The notes beneath the pieces are model-generated. The model did not search any database, was not told where the DNA came from, and worked only from the letters and a program-made list of their open reading frames with translations. From assembly GCA_021513695.1 (NCBI GenBank), contig CP084166.1, positions 608,001 through 672,000 on the forward strand: a stretch of DNA of 64,000 bases. Direction: 5' to 3'. Position numbers and translations under genes: made by a program. This DNA comes from Candidatus Heimdallarchaeum aukensis (GTDB lineage Archaea > Asgardarchaeota > Heimdallarchaeia > Heimdallarchaeales > Heimdallarchaeaceae). Below are positions 10,299 through 20,182 of this stretch, in pieces; the stretch's first letter is position 1; the number at the start of each line of letters is the position of its first letter.

Positions 10299-10883
10299 CT
10301 ATTTTCCAAACAACAATCTAATTTTAGTTTCTATTTCTTTAACCTCTTGCTCTTTTCCCTCTTGTGATAAAACTTTTGCGAGAAGTGATAAAATATCCTT
10401 TGAACCAGGGTTTATTTCTATTGCTTTTTTAAGCAAAGTTTCTGCTTTTGCTAGTTCTTTTTTTTCAACTTTTAGTTTAGCTAATTCAAAAAGCGCAGAA
10501 CTGTTTGTACTATCACTTTCTACTGCTTTTGCAAAAGCATTCTCTGCTTCTTCAACATTTTCAAGTTTTAAATAACAGATACCCAAGTTAAACCAAGTTA
10601 TAGTATCGGAATTGTTAATACTGAGAGCCTTGTTATAAAGTTCTAAAGCTTTTTCAAGATCTCCTTTCTTTTCAGTCAAAACTCCTAAGTTAGTTAAACA
10701 TTGAACATAGCTTGGTTCATACTCTAAAGCAGTTTTATAAGCATGAATGGCTTCATCTATTTCTCCTTTTGACTCGAGAATTGCTCCTAGATTAAACCAC
10801 CCAAAAGGATCTGATGGATTTTCTCTTATATATTCCTTAAGATCTTCTATTATTTCGGACATTTCTTCATCCATTTTTATCAC
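10299..10883 (-). CDS. TPR repeat protein
   Basis: Repeated WFNLG / NLGVL / WFNLGICY ... AxxxYxKALE 34-aa TPR units. Confidence 0.8.
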   Translation of the reverse strand: MIKMDEEMSEIIEDLKEYIRENPSDPFGWFNLGAILESKGEIDEAIHAYKTALEYEPSYVQCLTNLGVLTEKKGDLEKALELYNKALSINNSDTITWFNLGICYLKLENVEEAENAFAKAVESDSTNSSALFELAKLKVEKKELAKAETLLKKAIEINPGSKDILSLLAKVLSQEGKEQEVKEIETKIRLLFGK

Positions 10884-11000
10884 TGAACTATTGAACTAGG
10901 AGCTTTTCTCTTTTTCTTTTATATATTTTGCCTATATAAATTTAGGTAGTGTCTAGTTTTCTTCCGACAAAAATATTTGTGGGGACTCTAATAGTAAGAT

Positions 11001-11195
11001 ATGAAAACACAAAAACTATCTGCTCTTTTTAAGAGATGCAGAGTCCCCAAAAAAATAATAATAAAAGCTATTTATGAATATATTGGTTCAAAGAATGGTT
11101 TGAAGACAGTAGCATGGAAGAATGGTTTAACGCATCAAACATTATGCTATTGGGTAAAGAAGTTCAGGCTCTTTAGGGAACGTTTAAAAAAATAA
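11001..11195 (+). pseudogene. solitary IS3/IS911-type transposase OrfA helix-turn-helix fragment
   Basis: The 64-aa ORF ends GLKTVAWKNGLTHQTLCYWVKKF, matching the OrfA HTH pattern (..GIS..TLY.WVK.Y). No leucine-zipper or OrfB/DDE part follows. Flanked by 9-bp inverted repeats GGGGACTCT (10982-10990) / AGAGTCCCC (11040-11048). Confidence 0.4.
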
Positions 11196-11312
11196 CTTTT
11201 TGATTCCAATAAACATTTAATACATTACCTTTTTTATTAATGTACAATTAGATTACAACAACAATTAAATATTAGTCATGCATCTAGTTTATTTGGTAAA
11301 AAAGGGGTAGAA

Positions 11313-13883
11313 ATGTCTTCTAAAGATAAAAAACAATCTTCAGAACTAGAAAAAGCGATATTAGAAGCAAAATCAAGATTACAAAAAGTTGTTTCAAAGA
11401 AAGAAGGAAAATATATAAGAAAAAACGAATTAGAAAATGCGATTAATGAAGCTATTAGGAGTTTAAAACCTGTTTCTGAAGAATTAATTAATAAAAAAAT
11501 GAAAAACAGTGCTTTTAAAGAAGAACTATTAAAAGCAAAGTCTGAACTAAAACAAGTAAAACAAGCAAAGAAGAGAGTAACAAAGAACGAAATGGAATTA
11601 GCTATTAAAGAGGCTATTAAAAATCTAAAACCAATAACTGAAAAAGGAAAAAAACAAATGACTTCAAAAGGAGAACTAGAATTAGCCATTTTAGACGCTT
11701 TTTCTAAACTCATAGAAGTTTCAGAAGAAGAGAAAAACTATGCATTAACTAAAAAAGAACTGGAAATAATAATAAGAGATGCAAAGAGTAAATTGAAAAA
11801 AGTGCCAGGAAAAGAACTTAGGCACGCATTATCTAAAAAAGAGATTGAGCACGAACTAAGAGACCTAAAAAGAAAATTAAAACCTGTTCCAGAACAAGTA
11901 AAAGTTCCAGAACTCTCAGTTAAACAACTTAGAACAGCAATTAAAGAAGCAAAAGTAAGATTAAAACCAGTTCCAGAGAATTTAAAAAGCATAAGTTCTA
12001 TCTCAGTGGGAAGATCAATCAAGAAAGAAGGAGAGAAAATAAAAAGGAAACTTCTTCCAATTCCAGGAGACGCAAAAACTTTTGAAATACAAAATATCGA
12101 ACATATTAAACTCTTTTCTGCAGAAAGATTGGATTTCAAGAAGTTCTTAATAAAACTAGAAAAACAGAAACAACAACCACTACTAAAAATAATAATCAAT
12201 CCAAAAACAAAGTTCTGTAAGATAGAATTAATGAACAAAGATAACCCCACTTCTCCATACAACATTACGGCGGGAGGAGATATTTTAGAATTCACATATA
12301 CTTATCGTTTCTTATTTAAACACGGTTACATAAAAATAGAGAATAACTACCCTCTACTCCTTTCAGATAAACAATGGATTGTGTGGTATCTGAGAGAAAA
12401 AATAGAATTAACTTTCGTGGATATAGCCTTTGCAATGGACGAAACAGTAAGAAACGTGAGAAACTTGTTCAATCAAGCAGAAAAAAGAATAAATCAAATA
12501 CTAGACTTCGTTGTAAATGAAGAGCATTACCAGCTAGTTGCAGCACATGCAATGAAAAGAAAAGGAGTAAGAATACAACAGATTGGAGATACAATAATAG
12601 AGCCAAAAATTACAGAAAAATATCTGATTGAACAACAACAACTAGAAGAGCTAACACATATTGAAGAACTTGAAAAGAAAGTAGAAATACCAAGAGAGTG
12701 GGTAATAAAAACAGCTTATAAAATAGAAACACTAAAGGGAGGATATTATCTGTGGAAAGAGTTTCTAGGAGCACTAAACAAAGATTCCCTGTTGATGATA
12801 GAGAACGACAGCTTACCCCACGAAGAAGAATACTTGATAAACGCAATAGGTTTAGGAGGAGAGATAATTCCTGACATCAAGAGCAACTTCAAAAAACTCA
12901 TAGACATATTCTCAGAAGCTCCAGATGAACTAGTAAAAATAGGAGATACAGCCTTTTTCATGGGTTATATGGATAACATTTATTCTAGCCAATTTTGGAA
13001 TATAAGAAACTTCGTTAAAGGAAACAGGAAAAATTGGAAAAAAGATTTCGTAAAAATAGCAATAAAAGCATATTCAAAAGCTCTAGAAAAAATTAACCCA
13101 GCAGTTTATCCTATAAAGTACGGAGTGCTAAAAAACGATTTAGGAGTGTTCTACTTTTTTCTATCAGAACTAGAGCAAACTAAAAAGAATACTCTAGAAG
13201 CAATCAAAAATATGCAAGAAGCAAAAAATGCATTACCTTTAGAATTCTTTAAAACAAAACATAGCGATATATGCTACAATTTAGGACTAGCCCACTTATT
13301 AATTTCAAAAATAGAAAACAAAGAAGAGAACATAAAACAGGCAATTCTAAATTTCAATTTTGCCCTACAAGGAAGAACATTAAGAATGTACCCTCTAAAA
13401 TACGCGATAACGGAAGTAAATCTAGGAATAGTCTACCAAAAACTGGCAGAAATAGAAGAAACGTCATTAAACTGCACACTAAGTATAGAATCTTATAACA
13501 ACGCTCTACGATCAAACACACTAGACATAATGCCCACAGAAGCAGCAATGATATACAACAACATAGGACTAGCTTATTGCACATTATCAAAAGAACAAGA
13601 AACAGAATACAATATTTCACAAGCATTAATAGTACTAAACGATGCTTTAACAATAAGAAATGAAGCACAGTTCCCAGTTGAATACGCAATAACAACAAGT
13701 ATTTTAGGAAAAGCTTACACAATTTTAGCTACAGTCAAAGAAACAAAAAAGAATTACGAAAAAGCTATATCTGCATTTAACAAAGCAATTAGAATATTTA
13801 TCAAGAAATACGAAGATTTCTATCAAGCTATAATTCATGAAAAGGAGAAAATTGAAGAAAAACTAATAGATATTTCACAATAG
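11313..13883 (+). CDS. repeat protein: eight N-terminal ~28-aa helical tandem repeats and a C-terminal TPR-like domain
   Basis: Repeats ELEKAILEAKSRLQKV / ELENAINEAIRSLKPV / EMELAIKEAIKNLKPI / ELELAILDAFSKLIEV / ELEIIIRDAKSKLKKVP / IEHELRDLKRKLKPVPE / LRTAIKEAKVRLKPVPE. C-terminal NLGLAHLL, NLGIVYQKLAEIEE, NNIGLAYCTL and SILGKAYTIL units are TPR-like. Confidence 0.6.
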   Translation: MSSKDKKQSSELEKAILEAKSRLQKVVSKKEGKYIRKNELENAINEAIRSLKPVSEELINKKMKNSAFKEELLKAKSELKQVKQAKKRVTKNEMELAIKEAIKNLKPITEKGKKQMTSKGELELAILDAFSKLIEVSEEEKNYALTKKELEIIIRDAKSKLKKVPGKELRHALSKKEIEHELRDLKRKLKPVPEQVKVPELSVKQLRTAIKEAKVRLKPVPENLKSISSISVGRSIKKEGEKIKRKLLPIPGDAKTFEIQNIEHIKLFSAERLDFKKFLIKLEKQKQQPLLKIIINPKTKFCKIELMNKDNPTSPYNITAGGDILEFTYTYRFLFKHGYIKIENNYPLLLSDKQWIVWYLREKIELTFVDIAFAMDETVRNVRNLFNQAEKRINQILDFVVNEEHYQLVAAHAMKRKGVRIQQIGDTIIEPKITEKYLIEQQQLEELTHIEELEKKVEIPREWVIKTAYKIETLKGGYYLWKEFLGALNKDSLLMIENDSLPHEEEYLINAIGLGGEIIPDIKSNFKKLIDIFSEAPDELVKIGDTAFFMGYMDNIYSSQFWNIRNFVKGNRKNWKKDFVKIAIKAYSKALEKINPAVYPIKYGVLKNDLGVFYFFLSELEQTKKNTLEAIKNMQEAKNALPLEFFKTKHSDICYNLGLAHLLISKIENKEENIKQAILNFNFALQGRTLRMYPLKYAITEVNLGIVYQKLAEIEETSLNCTLSIESYNNALRSNTLDIMPTEAAMIYNNIGLAYCTLSKEQETEYNISQALIVLNDALTIRNEAQFPVEYAITTSILGKAYTILATVKETKKNYEKAISAFNKAIRIFIKKYEDFYQAIIHEKEKIEEKLIDISQ
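11340..11990 (+). repeat. coding tandem repeats (~84-nt period, degenerate) encoding the ELExAIxEAxxxLKPV units
   Basis: Seen in the translation. DNA copies are diverged (e.g. gaattagaaaatgcgattaatgaagctatt vs gaaatggaattagctattaaagaggctatt). Confidence 0.5.
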
Positions 13884-14017
13884 TTTTTTCTTTCTTCTAT
13901 TTTCAATTTGCTAAATGTTTAATTAGTATACTGAGACAAATTTTAGGTATTTACTTGATTTATTGGTAGTATTTTTACTTATGTTTATAAATAAAAAATA
14001 CTATATTTTATTGCAAA

Positions 14018-16018
14018 ATGAAAAGTTTTTTACCTAAATTTCTGCTTAATGAAATCGATCTTTATTTAGATGATTCTCAGAAGTCTATTTTTGAAGAGAA
14101 GGTTAAAAGTATTGTAAGTAATGCTTCTGACTATGATACGATTTCCAAGGACATTACTGCCTTTCTTTTGAATGAAGATTTTACTGATTTAACGACTTAT
14201 GATCAAATGCTTATTCTTGTTTCAATTCTTCTAAATTACTGGAAAAAGGATTATTCTCTTATTTTTAGCATCTATGACAAATTTCATTCTTTTGATTTAC
14301 CTCTTAGCGTTATGATTTGTTTTCTTCTATTTTTTCAAGAATCTTTTGATTTAACCACTTTTAACCTTTGGAGAGAGAAGATAGAAGAGTACATTACAAA
14401 CATTTCTGATTCTACTGAAAAAGAATTTCTTAAAACTGCTATTGAGCAATTTGCTTCTAAGCTTGAGCAAAGGCCTGAGGTTGGTTATCGTTCTATGAAT
14501 CAGCTTATTCGTTCTCTTGAGGAGAATGAGCATATTTCTTATCGATATCCTTTTGTTTTCGAGGCTTTAGAGATTGATCTTATTCAGTACTCTAACATTT
14601 TAGCTGATGAAGTTTTTTCTGAAATCTGGATTGAGTCCGCTAGAAGAAGAGCTGAAGTTATGGAAAACTATGGCATGTTAGTTCAAGTTAACAGCCTTCT
14701 TGCTAGTATTTTAGTTAAAGAGTATCATCTTGAAAAAGCTAAAGAGAAAATTGAGGAGGGGTTAGAGATTGCTAAGAGGATCAATTCTCCTATTTTAGCT
14801 GCTCAAATTGAGTTGAACAAGGCCTTGTTATTGAAGATGCAAGGTAAGTTGGACGAAGCTTTGAAGTTATATGAAAAAATTGCTAAAGTTAAGAATCTTC
14901 CTCAAACTTTTCAATTGGATATTTACAGTAAAATAGGTGAAATTTATCTCAACAAGGACGAGATAGTTAAAGCTGAAGAATACTACCTTAAAGCTCACGA
15001 GATTAATAAGAAACTTAATTTTATCAATCCTCTTGTTGAAATAGTTATAGGTTACATTAACCTGATTTTAGAGAAAGATAAGGGGGAAGCTTTAGATGAG
15101 GGGTTGAAGATTGCTGAAGAACAGTTTGATTTTTCTTCTATTCCTTACTACTACTTCTACAAAGGTATTTATGAGCAACAAAGGGTTAACTTATCCTTAT
15201 CTATTGAATACCTTGAACAAGCTTTGAACTCTTTTGAGCACCAAAAGAACTTTGAGGGTATTGTTTATACTAACGGTGCATTGGCAGAGTCTTATCTTCA
15301 GATTTACAAGCTTCTTCACGATAACAAATATTCTTCTCGGTTCCTCTATTATATTGACAATCTTATTGAAATACTAAAGGAGTTAAACAATCCTTTGTAT
15401 GTTGAAGCAATAAAGACTAAAGCAGGTTACTATTTAGATAAAGGTTTAATTAAAAATGCTGAAGATCTGTTTATTGATGGAATAGAATTTGCTAGGACAC
15501 GAGGATTAAAAGAGGAAGAAATATATCTTAAGGAATCGCTTACTAACAAGAAGAATTTAACAAAAATAACTTTAGAAGGTACTCAAATACTCTTTAGAAA
15601 AATAAGGATGTTCAGCTTTGGTAAGCATAAAACTGTTCCCACCAAATTATACTTACTTTTAGCCATTAATGAAGCTGGAATTCCTTTAGTTTCTCACTCT
15701 TTTACTGAAGAAGAGATGGTAGATGATCTTTTAGTTTCAGGGTTAATTTCAGCTATAATTAATTTCTCTTCTGAAGTTCTAGGAAAAGGAGGAGAAACCT
15801 TACGATCAATAAATCATGAGGGCAAAGCTGTTATAGTAGAGAAAAAGGACAATGTGATGGGTATCTTAGTTGCTGAAGATGAGAATTTCGAGATGAGACT
15901 GGAACTTAGACAGTTTTTGCAGAAAGCGCTTGATAAGTTAGTTTCTGGACTTCCTATTGTCAGAGAAAACGACAGTGAGATTTTTTCTATTATAGAAGAA
16001 GTTTTTGAGAGAAAATAA
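14018..16018 (+). CDS. TPR protein with C-terminal roadblock/longin-like domain
   Basis: N-terminal and central TPR-like helical repeats. The C-terminal ~100 aa (LYLLLAINEAGIPLVSHSF...LVSGLISAIINFSSEVLG...AVIVEKKDNVMGILVAED) has a beta-alpha-beta-beta pattern and aligns by eye with the C-termini of the 25494-27419 and 33434-36667 proteins. Confidence 0.6.
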   Translation: MKSFLPKFLLNEIDLYLDDSQKSIFEEKVKSIVSNASDYDTISKDITAFLLNEDFTDLTTYDQMLILVSILLNYWKKDYSLIFSIYDKFHSFDLPLSVMICFLLFFQESFDLTTFNLWREKIEEYITNISDSTEKEFLKTAIEQFASKLEQRPEVGYRSMNQLIRSLEENEHISYRYPFVFEALEIDLIQYSNILADEVFSEIWIESARRRAEVMENYGMLVQVNSLLASILVKEYHLEKAKEKIEEGLEIAKRINSPILAAQIELNKALLLKMQGKLDEALKLYEKIAKVKNLPQTFQLDIYSKIGEIYLNKDEIVKAEEYYLKAHEINKKLNFINPLVEIVIGYINLILEKDKGEALDEGLKIAEEQFDFSSIPYYYFYKGIYEQQRVNLSLSIEYLEQALNSFEHQKNFEGIVYTNGALAESYLQIYKLLHDNKYSSRFLYYIDNLIEILKELNNPLYVEAIKTKAGYYLDKGLIKNAEDLFIDGIEFARTRGLKEEEIYLKESLTNKKNLTKITLEGTQILFRKIRMFSFGKHKTVPTKLYLLLAINEAGIPLVSHSFTEEEMVDDLLVSGLISAIINFSSEVLGKGGETLRSINHEGKAVIVEKKDNVMGILVAEDENFEMRLELRQFLQKALDKLVSGLPIVRENDSEIFSIIEEVFERK

Positions 16019-16101
16019 AACTAAAATTAAAACTAAAATTGAAATTAAAAGCAAAATTGAAATTATAAAATCAAAGAAGGTAAAAATTAGGAAAAAAGAG
16101 A

Positions 16102-18084
16102 TTAGGAAACTAAAGGTCTAACTTGATACTTTAGTCCTATAATTTTCATTATATCTACTGCATCTTCAATGGTGTTTGCTGATACTTCTAGTTCTTCAAT
16201 TATTTGATCTATATAGAGTATTTCTACTGTACTCATCTTTTCTGTCTCTGGAAGAAGTTTTTCTAGAGCTTTATGATTATTTATGTCTAATTCATGTTCT
16301 ATAGCATGTACATCGTTAAATATTGGATGAGAAGCAAGTGGTTGAATGCATACTACTTCTAATACTTCTACTGCTTTGTCGATCAAGTCGCATAGTAAAT
16401 CACACTCTTTTCTCAAGTATTGGGCAAAATAATCTTCTATTTTCTCTCTTGGAATATAGAGTATTTTCCTTAGAGAGCGTAAGATGTAACCTATCGCTTT
16501 ATCGAGTGTTGTTGTAAGTTTGTAAAAGTGGTAGTCATCTGGAGCAGGTCTAACACTGCTGTACATTACTTGAGTAACCTTAAATACAAGATCATCTGCA
16601 CGCCTTTCTTCTTCTTTTGCTTCCCTCATAAGTTTAATGGCTTGTTCTTTATCGCCATCCAAATATTTCTTAAATGACTGAGCTAGTAAATGAATTGTTT
16701 TCTGTACTTTTTCTGCGTGTTTTATTGAATGAGAGGCTTGCACCCATCCTGGTCTTGTTTCTATTGCTAATATTAAGAATGATAAGCCAAGAATGATTAA
16801 TAGTATTCCACTTACTAAGAAAGGAAATTTGAAGACATTACTAACTACACTATTGCCTAGAAACTGTAATGATTCAAAATTTACTACTAGTCCTGCTAAA
16901 CCGAGTACAAGTAAAGGTCCAGTGAAGTAGCCTGAATCTAAAGATGAGCGATAAACACCTATACTTTTTTCTCTTTTTATTATAGGAACAACATCCTTTG
17001 TTATACTTGGAAGAGAAGGATAATACAGAGAAGTACCTAGTCCAGCAAGCAAAGTTAATAATACTACAACTCCAAAAACATCAGTGAATATAATCAGTAT
17101 AATACTAGATCCAGCAAGAATAAATCCAAGTATCATAGGTGTTTTTCTTCCAATTCTATCGCTTAATTTACCCGTGAAAGGCATACTTATTGACCAAGCT
17201 AAAGTGAAAACTGAGGTGGCTATACCAATTTGTACATTAGAAAAACCGTAAACAGTTGATAATAGGAGCGGAAAAATCAAAACTAGAATACTATCTGTTA
17301 TTCTAGAAATGTGTCCTCCCAAATTTGCTAAGATTAGTGTTGGAACTCTAAAAATATTTTTTGTACTCCATCTACTTTCCACTTTTGTTGCATCCAACAG
17401 TACTGAATCTTTTGTTCCTGCAACCAGATCTGTAGTTTCTACATTCTTAATAAATACAAAACCAAAAGCTAGAGCTGTTCCTGCAATTATTAAAGCAAAG
17501 ATGAAAGTTTCAGCAAAACCTAAGTTATTTGCTATCACACCTGCTAAGAATGAACCTAAACTTGAGCCTAAGTACACTGAAAATTCCATTGAACCCACTG
17601 AAAAAGCTGCTCCTTCGTAACCTGCAATATCAGTGAGTGCTGACATAGTCGAAGTAAAGAGTAAACCTAATCCCCCTCCGATGAAAGCGTTACCTAAAGG
17701 TAAAGCCCATAAGTTTCTTGAAAATGCTAAAGCGAATGAACCACAAAGAAGCAATATTAGTCCTATTCTAATAGTCCATTTTCGTTGATATTTGTCACTA
17801 ATAGATGAGCTAAAGAATCCTGCTATACCTTTAAATAGCCCATAAGCTATTACAGCAGAAGATATTTGGAGAAAAACTATGAAACTTTTTTGGAAATTTT
17901 CTTTTGATTCAAAGAGAGGAAAATCGGTAAATGATTCACCAAAGAGAGAAAGAGAGGTTCTTTGAACACCATAAGCTATACCTGCAAAAAGTAGTACAGT
18001 AATTATTGGTCCCCACTTGGAGATAGACTTTAAAAATGAGAAACTTTCCAGCTTTTTTTCTTTCATTTCCATACAATTATTCAA
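16102..18084 (-). CDS. MFS transporter fused to a C-terminal cytoplasmic helical PhoU/DUF47-like domain
   Basis: The first ~440 aa have about 12 hydrophobic helices with an MFS layout. The final ~210 aa are soluble and helical (MREAKEEERRADDLVFKV...), resembling DUF47/PhoU-like regulators. The DUF47 assignment is tentative. Confidence 0.55.
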   Translation of the reverse strand: MNNCMEMKEKKLESFSFLKSISKWGPIITVLLFAGIAYGVQRTSLSLFGESFTDFPLFESKENFQKSFIVFLQISSAVIAYGLFKGIAGFFSSSISDKYQRKWTIRIGLILLLCGSFALAFSRNLWALPLGNAFIGGGLGLLFTSTMSALTDIAGYEGAAFSVGSMEFSVYLGSSLGSFLAGVIANNLGFAETFIFALIIAGTALAFGFVFIKNVETTDLVAGTKDSVLLDATKVESRWSTKNIFRVPTLILANLGGHISRITDSILVLIFPLLLSTVYGFSNVQIGIATSVFTLAWSISMPFTGKLSDRIGRKTPMILGFILAGSSIILIIFTDVFGVVVLLTLLAGLGTSLYYPSLPSITKDVVPIIKREKSIGVYRSSLDSGYFTGPLLVLGLAGLVVNFESLQFLGNSVVSNVFKFPFLVSGILLIILGLSFLILAIETRPGWVQASHSIKHAEKVQKTIHLLAQSFKKYLDGDKEQAIKLMREAKEEERRADDLVFKVTQVMYSSVRPAPDDYHFYKLTTTLDKAIGYILRSLRKILYIPREKIEDYFAQYLRKECDLLCDLIDKAVEVLEVVCIQPLASHPIFNDVHAIEHELDINNHKALEKLLPETEKMSTVEILYIDQIIEELEVSANTIEDAVDIMKIIGLKYQVRPLVS

Positions 18085-18179
18085 AAAAAATAAATAATAA
18101 AGGTTGTTATCTGAATAAAAAGAAAAATCAAAGAAAATGCAATAAATTTAAATTAAAAAATGAGTTTGCCAAATCGGAA

Positions 18180-19007
18180 ATGACGAGACAAAAAAAGAAA
18201 AAGGATTATTTTGTAAAGAAATTCTCTGTTAGCAGACAAATTTTAGCAGATTATAACGATGTCGCAGCTACTTTCCCCAGAGTAAGAGGACATTTAGAAT
18301 ACGACATTACAAATGCAAAGAAAAGAATAGAAGAGATAAAAAAAGTAGATAAGTACGACATTTCTTATACTGCTTGGATTGCAAAATGTATTAGTCGAGC
18401 AGTTAAAGAAGATTTAAGATTCAACTCCTATAGAAAAGGCAGAAAAATCATTGTCTTTGAAAAAATTGATATTAGTATAATCGTGGAAATTACAACTAAA
18501 GAAGGAAAGAAAGTGCCTTTTAACTATGTTATTAGAGATGTAGAGAGTAAAAGTGTAAAGGAGATAACAGAGGAAATACGTGCAGTTCAAAAGAGAAAAA
18601 TAGAAGAGACAGAACAGCTCACAAGAGATAACTCGAGTAAATTTTCTTCTCTTTACTTGCTTATTCCACGCTTTATAAGAAAAATGGTCATAAAATCAAT
18701 TTTGAAGAACCCATTTAAATTAAAGAAACTAATAGGTACAGTAGGTATAACTTCTCTTGGAATGTTCGTTCAAAACTTTGCAGGATGGGCTATTCCTTTT
18801 GCTGACAAAACCTTAAATGTAGCAGTTGGGGGAATGAAAAAAACTGTAGGTCTAGAAAATGGAGAATTAAAAGAAAAAACATTATTGTGTATAACCTTTT
18901 TAGTAGATCATAACCTTATAGATGGAGCGCCAATAGCTAGATTTGTTGCTAGAGTTGGTGATTTAATGAAAGAAGCAACTTTTCTTGAGGATATAAGCAA
19001 ACCTTAA
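18180..19007 (+). CDS. stand-alone 2-oxoacid dehydrogenase E2-type acyltransferase catalytic-domain-like protein (CAT fold)
   Basis: C-terminal DHNLIDGAPIARF matches the E2 catalytic DHRxxDG motif. No lipoyl or E1/E3-binding domains. The ORF-track start 18036 overlaps the convergent MFS gene; ATG 18180 is preferred. Confidence 0.55.
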   Translation: MTRQKKKKDYFVKKFSVSRQILADYNDVAATFPRVRGHLEYDITNAKKRIEEIKKVDKYDISYTAWIAKCISRAVKEDLRFNSYRKGRKIIVFEKIDISIIVEITTKEGKKVPFNYVIRDVESKSVKEITEEIRAVQKRKIEETEQLTRDNSSKFSSLYLLIPRFIRKMVIKSILKNPFKLKKLIGTVGITSLGMFVQNFAGWAIPFADKTLNVAVGGMKKTVGLENGELKEKTLLCITFLVDHNLIDGAPIARFVARVGDLMKEATFLEDISKP

Positions 19008-19493
19008 TCACCTTCACAACTCTTTTTTTCGAAAATAACAAAACAAATTTTTTTTCTCAATTTCTGAAATTAGCAATCTATACAAAAATTAAAAGAAAAA
19101 GTTATTAAAACAGAAATAAGGTTACAGGTTCTGATAGGAAAATAGAAAAAGACTCTACGTTATTGGAATATTTTCTGTTTAACAAAAATCTACTTTTGAA
19201 AAATAAAGTGTAGTTTTCAAGAAAAACAAAGAGAAGCCTTACAAGAGAACTTTGAATAAAGAACTTCTAAAAATTGTAATCAACTCAAAAAAATCTAATT
19301 CTTTTATTATTTTCTTCAATTTTTATCCTTTTTCTTCATATTCTTAGAGTATATCTCTTCTATCTTGTAAACAATTTTCTTAAAATCTAAGAATTCTATC
19401 TTTCTATTTTAACCATAAGTATTTGTAAAAAAGAAACTTTAATATAAGGATTACCAGATAGAGTAACAGTAACAAACTTGTTAGTGGAGCAGA

Positions 19494-20171
19494 ATGAACA
19501 AACAATATGAAGATGTATTACATTTTAATCAGAAGCAAATATTGGTTCTAAATGAAAAACAAACAGAATTAATTCGTGACCCCCAATACTCTCCTATAAC
19601 AAGAGTTCTTCGTTCTGGTCCTTTAACAGTTCAAGAAATAACTGAAGAATATAACAAACTAATACTCATGAATTGCCAAATTGATAACGAAAATAATGGT
19701 AATTTTGAAAAATTAAAAAGATCAGAGAAATCTATCTATAGATATCTTCGAGATCTTGAGGAATCAGGATTAGTTACTGTAGCTGGTCAAAGAGTCATTT
19801 TTGGTCAAACAGCTACACAAAAGCTATGGTCGAGAACAGCAAAAATTTTTGTTTTTAAAACACAAACTGTTAATTTTTGGAAAACAGAAGAAGGTTTGAA
19901 ATACGCAGAGAAAATTAATGATTTACTGCATATTATTTTTGAAGATTATGACAAAGAGTGTAAATACACCCAGGAGTTATTAATTCGCTTAAATAAAATC
20001 GCTGAAGAATCAATTTTAAATATTTTTACAAAAAATCCCAAGAAAATTGATGAAATAATTGGGGGGTGTGATTTCGAAGATCTAAATCACATTCTTAAAG
20101 AACTTCATCTTTTAATTTTATTACTAAAAAAGGATGAAGTTGAAGCTTTACTACAAAGTTGTTTTGACTAA
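19494..20171 (+). CDS. putative winged-helix DNA-binding protein
   Basis: SIYRYLRDLEESGLVTV is wHTH recognition-helix/wing-like. Paralogous at the N-terminus to the 52247-53026 protein (DPxxxxIxxxLxxGxL...RYLxxLxxxGxV). Confidence 0.4.
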   Translation: MNKQYEDVLHFNQKQILVLNEKQTELIRDPQYSPITRVLRSGPLTVQEITEEYNKLILMNCQIDNENNGNFEKLKRSEKSIYRYLRDLEESGLVTVAGQRVIFGQTATQKLWSRTAKIFVFKTQTVNFWKTEEGLKYAEKINDLLHIIFEDYDKECKYTQELLIRLNKIAEESILNIFTKNPKKIDEIIGGCDFEDLNHILKELHLLILLLKKDEVEALLQSCFD

Positions 20172-20182
20172 TTTGAATTTAT

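Noticed and set aside
11276-12295. Minus-strand ORFs 11276-11713 and 11738-12295 opposite the repeat protein
   Set aside because: They are antisense shadows of the repetitive coding region 11313-13883. The translations are Ser/Phe-rich low complexity.
16019-16101. AAAATTGAAATTA-type short repeats downstream of 14018-16018, considered as a possible CRISPR or structured-repeat element
   Set aside because: Only an 80-bp low-complexity A/T tract with 12-13-bp imperfect repeats and no spacer-repeat periodicity. Most likely a terminator or intergenic A/T run.
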